Shown here: one piece after another, positions 26,601 through 39,220 of the stretch
Position numbering within the stretch: the first letter of the stretch is position 1
How the letters are laid out: every line of letters begins with the position of its first letter
NCBI RefSeq assembly: GCF_963921235.1
Contig: NC_086097.1
Coordinates: 177,446,001-177,510,000 of the forward strand
Length of the DNA stretch: 64,000 nucleotides
From: Mobula hypostoma
Lineage: Eukaryota
Direction of reading: 5' to 3'
Notes under the pieces: generated by a model
The model's database searches: none
What the model saw: only the letters and a program-made list of their open reading frames with translations
What the model was told of the DNA's origin: nothing
Program-made: the position numbers and the translations under genes

Positions 26601-27234
26601 GGATGAATTGGGCCAAAAGGCTTGTTTCCATGCTATACGACTTTTTTCTGGGCACAGAGTACTTGCTGTTCCCCAGTAATAAGTCACTGCTCAGTCTGAG
26701 TAAGCAACTTATCTTTTAATTGTCTAACCAGACCCTGCAGCTGGGGTCAGGTTTTGTATCAAAAAAAGTTCCAATTTCATGCAAACATTCTGCAGTCATC
26801 GACCTTTAGAGTGTTGTACTGGAAACAGGAACTTGAATGTTAGCTGAAAGATAACAGCTGAAAATAAACTTCTGGAGGAACTCAGTGGGTCAAGTAAATT
26901 CCAGCGTCTACAGTCCCTCATGTCTTCGAGAGATGATATAGTCCTGTCCTGTGATCAAAGGCAGCAAATGCATCATGCCCCTTGCATCTTGTCTACTGGC
27001 ACTGCAGTTCCTCTAACTGTAACACCATATTCTGTACTCTGTTATTGTTTACCCTTCTACTGCAATGATGTGATGAAATGATTTCTATGAACGGTATATA
27101 AAACAAAGCCTTCCCCACTGTACATTTGACAATAGTAAGCCAACTTACCAATTTTGTATAAAAGGACTAAATTGGGGAAGGGGAAAGAAAAGGTGAAAGA
27201 GTGAAATCTGTCTTAAAGCATACAAGCTCTAGAC

Positions 27235-30200
27235 CAGTGTTTCTCAAAGTGTCTGATATCATCCCTGCCGGGGTGGTGGGAGTTAAGGTGTTGATAAAGT
27301 TAAAGAAGGTAGTGGGGTGGGGGGTGCTCATAACAAGGGAGGCAGCTAATGAATTAGTACAGTATTAGTACGATTCTTGTATACTAATCATGCAGTAATG
27401 CGATTCTTGAGAATTTGGCTATGGTGAGGTAAATGGGGTAAAGTTCAGAATCTGCCCCAAGTTCATAATAAATGTATCACCAATGTATATATGTCTTCTA
27501 ATACAACCCTGAATTCACTTTCCTGTGGGCATTCACAATAAATACAAGAAACATAACGGAATCTATGGACCACACCCAATAAGATGGACACACTCTTTCA
27601 AATGTTCTTGACTGCATTTGAAGGCTCCTTGAACATTTGAAGAGCAAGCACTGAAAAAGAAAGCAAGAACTTGACTTATTTTCAGTCACTCCATGAAAAC
27701 CTTCAGAAATGGGAAACACTTTAAAACATGCCTGCCAGCTCTTCACAACAAAACAGATGATTTGCAGGCTTTATACAACATTTCATGCCTCATACAATTG
27801 GAGAAGAACTGATTCTGCCAGCAGTATGGGAGGTTCTGAGTGTAGACCAAATAATTTAACTGATTCCACTCGACAGCTCTGCTCAAAGATGAATAGATGA
27901 TATGTCTAAGAATGTGAAAGAAACATTGTTCAATATACTTAGGGCATCAGAATTTGCTCTGCTGTCAGCTTTTCCAGGTAACGAATCTTTGCTTCTTGGT
28001 TATGTTCACTTAATAAAAGATGAAAGCGTGGTTCAAGAGTTGTTATTTGCATTCATCTTGTCACAAAAAAAAACTTGGTATTCAGCTGCACAAATTATTA
28101 AATGCTGTTATCACAGTGGTAAATAAAATCACAGTCCCAATTTTCAAATCTATTGGGAAGGGTTTAAACTAATTCGGTAGGGTATGGGAAATTTCAGTGA
28201 TAGGGTTGAGGATGGGAAAGATGGTTTACAAGCAGCGGCAGTCTGTAGTGAAACCATCAGGAAGGACAGACAGAAGGTAGGGCAAGTTTGATGACAGAAG
28301 TGGGATGAGTTGCAGTGTCACATGGACAAAATTGAAAAGGGTGATGAATACAGGATTAAAGATATTACATTTAAGTGCATGCAGTGTATGGAATAAGGTA
28401 GATCTTGTAGCACCAGTTAGGATTGGCAGGTATGACATTGTGGGCATGTCTGAGTCGTGGCTGAAAGATTACTGTTGGAGCTTGTATTGAAAGGACAGCC
28501 TGGTAGGCAGAGGGGGTGGTGTGGCTCTAGTTAAATTCTAAAACAGTGGTGACATAGGACAGGAAGATATAGAAACATTGTGGGTAGAGTTAAAGAACTG
28601 CAAAGGTTAAAAAGACCCTCCTGGGGGTTATATACAGGCCTCCAAACAGTAGCTAGGATGTGGGCTACAAATTACAGTGGGAGATATAAAATGAATGTCA
28701 GAAGGGTAATGTTACGAGAGTCATGGGAGACTTCAATATGCAGGTAGATTCAGAAAATCAGGTTGATGCTGATTTTGGTTCCAAAGTGAGAATTTGTAGA
28801 ATGCCTACAAGACGGCTTTTAAAGCATCTTGTGCTGGAACCCACAAGGGGATTGGCTATACTGGATTGGATGTTGTTTAATGATCCAGAGTTGATTAGGA
28901 GGCAGTGATGATATGATTTGAAAGGGAGAAGCTAAAGTCAAATGTATCAGTATTACAGTGGAATAAAGGGAACTATGGAGGCATAGGAGAGGATTTGGCC
29001 AATGTTGATTGGAAGGAGGCGCTAGCAGGATCGACTGGAATTTCTGAGAGTAATTCAGAAGGCGCAAGATAGGTACATCTCCAAATGTGGCTAACAAAGG
29101 AAGTCAAGGCCAACAGAAAAGCGAAAGTCAGGGCATATAATACAGCAAAAATTGGTAGGAAGTTAGAGGATTGGGAAGCTTTTAAAAACCAACAGAAGAC
29201 CACTCAAAAAAAAATCCCTAAGGAGGGAAAAGATGAAATATGAAGGTAAGCTAGCCAATAATGTCAAAAGTATTTTCAGATAAATAAAAGCAAAGTAGAG
29301 ATGAGAGTAGATATTGGGCTGCTGGCAAATGATGCTTTGAGGAAACAATAAGGAGGATTGACAATAAGGAGGATGTTGTTTATTCGGATTTTCAGAAGGC
29401 CTTTGACATGGTGCCACACATGAGGTGGCTTAGCAAGGTACGGGCCCATGGTATTAAAGGAAAGATGCCAGCATGGAAAGAGCATTGGCTGATTTGCGGG
29501 AGGCAGAGAGAGGGAATAAAGGAAGCCTTTTTATGATTGGCTGCCAGTGATTACTGGTGCTCCGCAGTGGAATGTGTTTGGACCACTTCTTTTTACATTA
29601 TATGTCAATGATTTGAATGACAGAATTGATGGCACTGTGGCCAAGTTTGCAGATGATACGAAGATAGGTGGAGGAGTAGGTTGTGTTAAGGAATCAGAGA
29701 GGCTGCAGAAGGACACACAAGGAGAATGGGCAAAGAAATGGCAGATGGAATAAGTGTATTGTCATGTACTTTGGTAGAAGGAATAAAAGTGTTGTCCATT
29801 TTCTAAATGGGGAGAAAATCCGGAAATCTGAGCTGTAAAGGGACTTGGGAATCCTCGTGTAGGAATCCCTAAAGGTTAATTCACAGGCTGAGTCAGCAAG
29901 GAAGGCAAATTCAATGTTAGCATTCATTTCAAGAGGACCAGAATATAAAAACAAGGATGGAATGGTGAGGCTTTTTAGGTCACTGATGAGGCCTCACTGG
30001 ATTACTGAGTGCAGTTTTGGGCGCCTTATCTATGAAAGAGGTTCATGAAAATTATTCCAAGAATGAAAGGCTTATCATATGAGGAGCCTTTGATGGCTCT
30101 GGGCCTGTACTCACTGGAATGTAGAAGAATGAGGTGTGGATCTCATTGAAACCTATCGAACATTGAAAAGCCTAGACAAAGAGGATGTTCCCTATGACGG

Positions 30201-31591
30201 TGAGTGGGGGGGTTGGGGTCTGAGACCAGAGGGCACACCACAGAATAATGTCGATTTTGAACAAATGAGCAGAAATTTCTTTTGCCAGAGGGTGGCGAGT
30301 TTGTGGAATTTGTTGCCATTAGCAGCTGTGAAGGCCAGGCCACTGGGTATATTTAAGGTGGAGGTTGATAGTCGGGATGTTAAAGGTTACAGGGAGAAGA
30401 CAGAACATTGGGGTTGAGAGGGAAATGAATCAGCCATCCGTGATCAATTGCTGGTGCAGACTCAATGGACTGTATGGTCTAATTCCCCTCCTATGTCTTA
30501 TGGACATAAGGTTTTATGGACTATTTTGAAAGATTGTATTGAGAATGATAAACAGTTTGAATGCTTGCTGTTGCACGCAGAAGTCGGATGATTCTCACAA
30601 GGAAACTCTTGTGTGCTTTTTGAAACTAATAAAGTTCATTGAGGTCTCAAATGCTTCATTCGGTAATCAACTCAAGTATATTAGGCATGACATTGTGAAT
30701 ATTTCAGACAAATAAGCAAAGTTTAATGGAATCAATATTCAGTTGCAAGGAAATGTTAATCTTATCAAAGCCTCCACATCTCTCTGCAAGTTAACCATAT
30801 TTAAGTGCAACAATGGCCATCACGACCTTTTCGAATTTCTGAGCCTTTGAGTTGGAAGAGAAAAAAGAATACCAAATGATCTTCAAGTATAGTGTCCCCA
30901 TCTAGGTGAAATGCATGAAGATATGGCAGAGCGATTTCAGGATCCTCTCACCCCAAGTTCCAGATTGGGTAATAAATCCATTCCTGAACACTTGTAATGA
31001 GGAATTACAGGAAGGATGGAGGAAGAACTGATCTCACTATAAAATGACATTTGAATTGAAGCTGAGGTTCTGAAAAAATCTTATCAAGACTTTTGGTTGC
31101 AGAAAAATATCTCTGCCGGTTATCCTGTACTGTGGAAAAAGGTCAAGATGTTCTTTATTGCTTTTCCGACATCATATTTAGTGGAGCACAGTTTCAGTGT
31201 TTCAGAGTCTCTTTCAAAGCAACGAAACAGACTGCAAATTAGTGAACGTGGGGATCTGAGACTCCTGAGTGATATTCAGTCTGATCTTGAGAAGCTGATA
31301 ATCACTGCACCAAGCCCATCCATCTCATTGAATGGTGAATAGTATGCTCTAAAATTGATGAAAGTTGTTTTTTCTGTAATTAAATGGAAGAACTAATTTT
31401 ATTTGTAGATTTAAATGATGTTTGCAATATGTGTCACTGCTTTGAATTTGCAGTTCCTATTTTCTTTCATCATGCACTGTAAATCAATCCGTCATTGTTT
31501 TTATATAATGGCCATAAAGGGAGAGGGAGATACTGGGGGTGTGGTCTGGGAATCAAAGGGGCCATAACCCAAAGAAGTTTGAGAACCACTG
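27235..31591 (+). mobile_element. hAT (Charlie/Buster-type) transposon with a decayed transposase, interrupted by CR1
   Basis: TIRs cagtgtttctcaaa...tttgagaaccactg and 8-bp TSD ctctagac/ctctaggc. Remnants include LLLHAEVG (LxHxEVRW-like) near 30565 and FWLQKN...YPVLWKKVKMFFIAFPTSYLVEHSFS...SKQRNRLQI (hAT dimerisation domain). Confidence 0.9.
28146..30520 (+). mobile_element. CR1 LINE (endonuclease and RT remnants) nested in the hAT element
   Basis: Endonuclease remnants YDIVGMSESWL and MGDFN. RT remnant FGPLLFTLYVNDL...KFADDTKIGG. Tail cctatgtcttatgg. Confidence 0.9.
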
Positions 31592-34500
31592 CTCTAGGCT
31601 GAAAGTTACACAAGCCTTTTGGCCAATTGAGACCATATGGACCATCACACATCAATTGATGCTCATCTTGCCATTTTATTCTCAGCAAATGCCATGAACT
31701 GTTTTGATACTCAGCTAAGCAATTTCCAGTGATTCATTTACCTGCCCGCCAGCATTTCTGTGGGACGTAGGGGAAAACCAGCCACAAGTGTGGTGAAAAG
31801 CAGGGCGGAGGCTGAATGGGATGTGAGCAACAAGGGATGGTCTAGAGGCTGCATAAGTTTCTGCAGATGCTCAAACTCTTGGGCAACACAGGTGCTTCAG
31901 GACCTCCGCAGGTCTGGCAGTGTCGAGGACAGTTTTGGGTTGAGACCCTTAAACGGGACTGGAAGGAAGGTAGGGGCAAGGGTTTGAACAAGAGCTGGTG
32001 GGTAATAGATTGATCCATGCGGGGGGGGGGCGGATGTGTAGGGTAGGAGGAGGTGAAAGAGAGAGGGTGATGGTATATTCAGGAAGAAAAAGGATCAGAG
32101 GAGTGTGATTACTAGAAATTGGAGGAAAAGATGTTCATATTGTCAGGATGGAGACTGCACAAACAGATACGAGGTACTGGCCCTCTAATGTGCATCTAGC
32201 ATCAACTCAGCAAAGGAGGCGGCTTTGGACAGACATCAGTGAGGCACTGGGAAGTGGAATTAAACTAGCCAGTAGGGGTGGGGGGGGAGAAGAGCAAAGG
32301 TACTCAGCACAGTGGTCTGTTTACCTGAAGTTAGTCTAAAATGTGCCCAGACCTTTCTGGTTTTACCCTGTGTGGTTGTGTGCGAAAGCTTGCATCAACC
32401 TTGGGGAGACCCATCAATCTCTTCCCTTCTCTCCTCTCTCTCCCCCCCCCCCACCTTCCACTGAGCAGGTATCCTGATTTGTTATTCCATTTCTGACTGA
32501 GATGCTTAGCCTTGGCCCTCTACAGCTGAACTTGGAGTTATCGCCAGTCATTCAGCCAGTCCCTTTAGCATCTGCTCTCATCTAAAATTTTAATACTTTG
32601 CCATTTGAACACCTTTCTTACAATAAAATCGCAGTAGATTCAGGCATAGAAAGCTGGTGGGAGCTTGGGCTTTATAAACACAGGCAGGAAGCACCAAAGG
32701 AGGGCAGGTATGATTAACCTCTGTGAAAGGGATGGGGGCAATGGTTACCAGAAGTTAGAAGATGGGAAAACGTTCATGCTGTCAGGTTGGAAACTGAAGT
32801 GGAATATGAGGTGTTGTTCTAGTCTTCATCTAGCCTCAACTCAACTCAGTAATGGAAGAAGCTTTATGTCTCATGGAATCCGGTGCAGTGGTAATCGCTG
32901 CCCACAGCTCCAGAGACCTGGGTTTAGTACTGACCAGGCAATGTTTGTGTGGTGTTTGGCTTGTATTGTGGCCTGAAGAAGGGTCTTGGCCCCAAAACAG
33001 TGACTGCTTTATTCCCCTCCCCAGATGCTGCCTGACTTGCTGAGTTCTTCCAGCATCTTGTGTGTGTCACTCAAGATTACCAACATCTGCGGAATATTTT
33101 GTGTTGGTCACTTTCCTGTCCAGGTGGATGGGGAGGGGGGTGGGAGGAGTGAATAGAGCTGGCTCTGGCTCTCTACTGCCACTTCCCTCCGTCGATGCTA
33201 CCTAATCCGCTGTGTTCCTGCAGCTCCTTTGTGTGTTGCTGAAGAACTGTTGGTTATGTGAGAGAGTTGCGTATATGGAAAGGAGGAAGGGGACCAATGG
33301 GATTGGTTGGCATGGATTCTGTGGCCTCCTGTATTAATATCAGTGTGGGTTTCAATCTTTGTATCCCACGTGCTTGCTAAAATCAAATTTACTCTGAAAG
33401 ATTTGACATCCAGTTGCTATAGAGTGTCCTCCTCCTCCACAATAGACCTTTGATTAACAGCAGTGTTTAGCACAGTCTCCTGTTCCTTGTGGCAGCTGCA
33501 ACAGATTTGTTTAGTCAACTTTTGCCAAGACAGCTTTAGTTCTTGTACAGCTACTGGATGTCACTCCCACCTCTCTCCTCTAATTAGAATCTTCCCCATT
33601 CCACATTTTTGTTAAATGATTCTCAGGAGTAAGAGCTGATAACATTGACAGCTGAGTCAATGGCAATGGGAAAAAAAAATTGTATCCCATGGTTGTGTAG
33701 ATGACATTTATCTACTTTAATAATAAATTTACTTTGGGAGACTTAAATCTGGAAGGCAAATCAGCAGCTGACTTTGAGCTCTCATGGTTAGTATCCAGAA
33801 AATAGGCCAAACGGACCCCTCTCTCTGCTGTGACTAAATGTACTTGAGCCCCTGTAAAATCAGGAAGGGTGTGGATAGTTGAATGCGCACTGTCTTTTTG
33901 CCCAGGGTTGGGGAATCAGGAACTGGAGGGATTAAATTGGAGCCTGAGGGGCAACTGTTTCACCCAGAGGATGATCAGTATGTAGAATGAGGTCCTGGGG
34001 AAGCGGTTGAGACAGCTACATTAACAACATTGAAATGGCACTTGGGCAGTTAGATGGATAAGAAAGACTTAGATGGGAAAGGACCAAATGCAGGGAAATG
34101 GGACAGGCTTAGATGGGATTCTTGGTCGCATTGATCAGTTGGGCCAAGGGGCCTGTTTCTGTGCTGTGACCCCATAACTATAGTTCCTGCTTCCTGGATC
34201 TGCTGTCAAATACATCTGAAGAGATATCAGTATGAGCAAGTGATTTATTGGAGGAACTCTGCGTCAAGCAGCATCTATGAGGGAGGCGCAGAGAAACCGT
34301 TACTGTTTGGGGTTGGAATCGTGCACCAGGACTGGTTTCAAGCTGAAATGTCGACAATTTGTTTGCCTCCTTATAGATTCTGCTGCACTGGCTGAGTTAA
34401 TATCTTTCACCAGTGAAAGTTTGTTGCTTCAGATTCCAGCATCTGTAAAAGTTCAAAGGTTCATTATGCAGAATACAAGTCTGAGATTTGTCTTTTCCAG

Positions 34501-36289
34501 ATAGTCATAAAATACAGAAAGCCATAAAAGTAGTTGAAAGCCATCAATAAAAAGAGTAAGTAGAAGACATAGAAAAAACTAAAAATGTTTGACTATCCAG
34601 GAGATGTCGCCCAAGGAATCGTTCACTGGTGCCATCTTGACCAGAATTTGAGCCCAGCCGACAGGAATGTGCATTGCGGTAGTATCTTGTGATTAGGTTA
34701 CTGGACTCAAATCCAAGGTTTGAGTAACCCAGAGGAAAGAGTTTATAATGACATTTTAAAAAAACACTACTACCGCATTGACATCTCATTCAGAAAGCCT
34801 AAGTCACAATAATGTGGACAGTAATGTTGAAGTTTGTCAGCCAGTTTGTATACAGGCTCCCACAGCCACAAGGTATAATGGGTGAATGGCCTCTTCCCAT
34901 GGTGTAAATGTCCTGAGCTTGCCCACAGCCTAGCACTCCCAACCCTACCTTTTGAAGTGTGTTTATACTGTTATAGAGAAGGCAATTTTAATGGTATAGT
35001 AGTGGAGGAATTGTCTTGACTGACCTCTGTTCCTTAATAAAATGGCTGCAAAGACCTTTTGTCCATTTGTGGCCTCTGTTTAACTTTTGTTCCAGAAGGC
35101 AGCTCCTTAGACGGTGCGTTATTCCCTCATTGCCACAATGGCAGAGTTGATTGTGCGCCAGGGTTTAAACACGATCAGGAGAGGTATTCTGTTTCCCTGT
35201 GGAAGTATCCAGAAGGGCAGAAACACTGATCTGTGCAATACTTAAAAATTACTGAAGTTACATTTATATGTGAGTAGTAAGCTCTGAGGTCTGTGTTCCT
35301 GCAGACCTGCACTAGCGATCATCCTGGATTTCCATTGCTCCACCATTGATAACCATGTCTTTGGCTGCCTGCTCCCGAACTTTTATACACTCCCTGCCTT
35401 CTGGGACGTGTATTAATGAATGTGGACAAATTCACAGATAGGTTTGAAATTATGAAAATATAGATAAGGTGGACAGTGGGGGTAGGGGAATCCAAAAATA
35501 GGCAGCATAGATTTGGGGCGAGGGAGAAAGACTTAAAAGGGACCTCAGTGGCAACTTTTTCATTCAGATGGTGATGAGTGTATGGAACGAGCTGCCAGAG
35601 GAAGTGGTGGAGGCAGATACAATAATATTGTTTATTTAAATACAGGAACTTGGGACTAGTTGGATGGGCACTTTGGTCAGCTTTGATTGGTTGGGCCAAA
35701 GGGTCTGTATCTGCTGTTTTCTTTGTTGGGGATTATTCTAGAGTTATGAAATTATAGGTGGCAATGAATTAAAACGAGAACCAGTGTTCAGGAAAAAATA
35801 AAAACACCACACACACAATGCTGGAGGAACAGCAGTCCAGTTAGCTTCTATGGGAAGAAAAGTACAGCTGATGTTTTGGGCTGACACCCTTAAGGCTGAG
35901 TTATACTTGTGCGTACAGTCAGCGAAGTTTTGACAGGATTTCAGCCCGATATGTCAACTGTACTTTTTTTCCATAGACGCTGCCTGGCCTGGTATGTGTT
36001 ACACGGATTTCCAGCATTTGCAGATTTTCTGTTGTTTGAGAAGTCAGAGTAAGAAGGTGGGGGGAGGGGCTTCAGGCAATAAAGCCTGTTCTCAATTTAC
36101 TTAATTGTTAAGGCTATTGAAACCAATCACTAGGACGTTTGATCTATCCCATTGAAACTGGTTTGATCCATTCCATTGAAACTATGTAGAGAAAGATAAT
36201 AGATGAATTTTCATGTTAATTGTTGTTCATTGAAACTTTCAGGAAGAGATCAGGAAGGGCATTAATCAGTCATTTCCTGTATTAGCACA

Positions 36290-36466
36290 TTATCACAGAG
36301 GGTAAAAGGAGGAGAGGATGATGGAGGCTACGATGGATGGATAATACATATACAATGCGTATGACCTTGGGGGATCTTAGAGAGGCAGCTTCCAACAAGA
36401 AGGCTTGGTATACATGAGTCCGTGAGGTCACGAAGAGTCGGACTTGACTTAACAACTGAACAACAA
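36290..36466 (+). mobile_element. RTE-clade (BovB-like) LINE 3' end
   Basis: Remnant EGKRRRG*WRLRWMDN followed by gtcacgaagagtcggacttgacttaacaactgaacaacaa, which resembles RTE/BovB 3' termini. Confidence 0.7.
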
Positions 36467-38187
36467 AGGTTTATCTTTGTTAATGCACAGTCAGTTTTGA
36501 TGCTTTATATTTTGGCTGGTTGTATATTCAGGGCATCATCCCTCAGCACTAATAACGGGGGTCTGTGTTCCATGTCTGGAGTTTGTGCCCAGAAGCTTTC
36601 AGACCAGCTAGTGGTATTGAATATTCAAAGTGGTTTTGCTAGTTGGGATGAGTATCTAGAGGAGTCACCTGGCCTCGTGCACATGCTCCACAGTTTATGG
36701 CCAAATGGCCTTATTCTGCGTCTGATCTCTAATAAGATTAATGGCTGGTCGACTTCAATGCCATTTTCCTGGCTTTCTGCTCGTATCCCTAGACTCTAAC
36801 ATCCTAAAATCTTTATAGAGTCATGGTCAATGCAGCCTGGAAAGAGGCCATTTGGCCCACTTATCCATGACAGACAATCTGTTTTAATCCCACCCTGAAG
36901 AACTCGGGCTCTTGCACTCCATGCCAAGATAATTAGTGTGGATCCAGGAAGTTAATAACTGCAGTCACCACTCTGGGTGATAAAGCACCCCCCCCCAATC
37001 TTCTCTAAATCTCTTCCCCCTTATTCTAAATCTATGCCATTTATTTACTTTCATCTTCTACTATTGGGGAAAGGTTTCTAGCAGTATTATCACACACACA
37101 ACATCCGGTCCTGATAAAGGGATAAAGGCCAGAAATGTCAACTGTCCATTTCCCTTCAGGCTGGAGGCCTGTGACTTGTGGGGCACTACAGGGATCGGTG
37201 CTGGGTCCGTTGTTGTTTGTCAACGATATTAATAACTTGGATGATGATGTGATAAACTGGATGAGGAAATTTGGAATAAACCCAAGATTGGGGCAGGAGC
37301 TGAAACTTTGTTCCTTGGGACATAGCTGACTTTAGGGAATTGTATAAAATCATGAGCAGATTAGATAAGGTGAATGCACTTTTTCCCAACACAAGAGAAT
37401 GAAGGGCTGTAGGGAATGGGTTTACAGAGAGATTTTAAATGGACCCTGTGGGGCAACATTTTGGTGTTGAGGGTGGGCTAGAGAATGGGCTAGAAATGGT
37501 ACATTAAACAACTTCTGAATGTCACTTGGATAGGTACATGGATAGGAATGGGTTAAAGGTCAAATACAGACAAACGGGACTAACTTGGATGGGCGTCTTG
37601 GTCAGCATGGGTGTTGGGCTGAAGGGCCAGTTTCTGCGCTGTTAATCTGACGGTCTTGCAATGCTCCTTGAAGCAGCCACATGATTAATGACACTTTACA
37701 AATGTAGTTCTGCTGAGCTCTTGGCACAGAGGAAGAACTGAATGGAGCTCTCCTGTCTGGATTTGACCTTCTGCACCTGTCCTGCTGAGTGTTTGCAGAG
37801 TTTGCTGTTCAGATTGCAGGTCTCTTGCTTTAACAGAGTTTTGCTTTTGTTATAGTCTGTACTGTGCCAGGTGTTACATATGTTCTTGGCCCCTGTGGTG
37901 GATGGCAATGGTTGCACACTTGTTGGCTCTGAATGAACCAGTCAGGAATGTCTCCACTCAGAAGGTGAGATCTGATCGTAAATGTCTGGTGAGTTGTATT
38001 GTGCCCGACCAAACTCATGGATAGAGGTATTGATGTGAATATACCATAGAACATGGAATAGAACTGCACAAGAGAGGACCTTCAGCCTATGATGTTGTGC
38101 TGATCTTCAAACCTATTTAATATCAGATATAACCCTTTCTTCCCAAAACTCTTCATTTTTCTTTCATCCATGTACTTATATAAGAGT

Positions 38188-38340
38188 AACACACATCAAA
38201 GTTGCTGGTGAATGCAGCAGGCCAGGCAGCATCTCTAGGAAGAGGTACAGTCGACGTTTCAGGCCGAGACCCTTCGTTAGGACTAACCAGCAACTTTGTG
38301 TGTTGCTTGAATTTCCAGCATCTGCAGAATTCCTGATGTT
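38188..38340. mobile_element. Short PLE insert with an inverted hammerhead-bearing part
   Basis: TSD tacttatataagagt (38173-38187) / tacctatataagagt (38341-38355). 38188-38286 is in minus orientation (motif at 38249-38284, core ctaacga). The remainder is the element tail in plus orientation. Confidence 0.82.
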
Positions 38341-38499
38341 TACCTATATAAGAGTCTGTTAATTCTCCCTCATATATTTGCTCTAAAATCTCATGGTCAT
38401 AGTATGGTTTGAGGGGATGGAAAAGTACTCTGTGCCCAAGATTGAGCCAAACAGCACTGACACATTCCCTGGGCCCGACCGGTCCTCGCTGACAAAAGA

Positions 38500-39220
38500 T
38501 GCATCTAAACTGGTCACATTTGGCCCATATTCCTCTAAACCTTTCCTATCCACAGGAGTCTTGTAAATATTGTTAACATACCTGCCTTTACCTCTTTCTC
38601 TGTCAGCTCATTCCACATACACAGAAAACCTGTGTGAGGAAAATTGTCCCTTAGGTTCCTATAAAATCTTTCCCCACTCAATTTAAACCTAATGCCATCT
38701 AATTCTAGATTCTTTAATCCTAGGCAAAAGACTGTGTATTCATGCTATTGAATACTATTGCCCCTGTTGATTTTAAACACCTATAAGGTCACCTCTCAGT
38801 CTCCTACACATCAAGGAATAAAGTCCTAATCTGTTTAACCTCACACTATAACTCAGTGCCTCAAGGCCTGGCAACATCTTCATAAGTTATTTTCCCTGCA
38901 CGCTCTTCAGTTTAATCGCATTGTTCTTGCAGCAGGGTGACAAAAACTGAGCACAGTATTCTAAATGCAGCCTCACTAGTGTCTTGCACGACAGAAATAT
39001 AATATTCAAGCTTCTGTACTTGGTGCTCTGACTAAAGGCCAGAGTGCCAAAAGCTGCCTTCCGCGCACTATCTGTGACTCCACTTCCAGTTAACCATGTA
39101 CTTGTCAGTCCTTTTGTTCCCCAGGTTTTCATTCCTCAGGGCCCTACTGTCACTGTGAAAGTCTTACCCTGGCTTGACTCCCAAAGTGCAACACCTTGCA
39201 CTTATCCAAATTAAACTTAA
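38500..39220 (-). mobile_element. CR1 LINE 3' fragment
   Basis: Minus-strand remnant KTLVRLHLEYCAQFLSP. Confidence 0.8.

Noticed and set aside
31097..31342. Host ZBED/SCAND3/FAM200-like gene
   Set aside because: It lies within hAT TIRs and TSD, and the upstream frame is broken by stops and a CR1 insertion.
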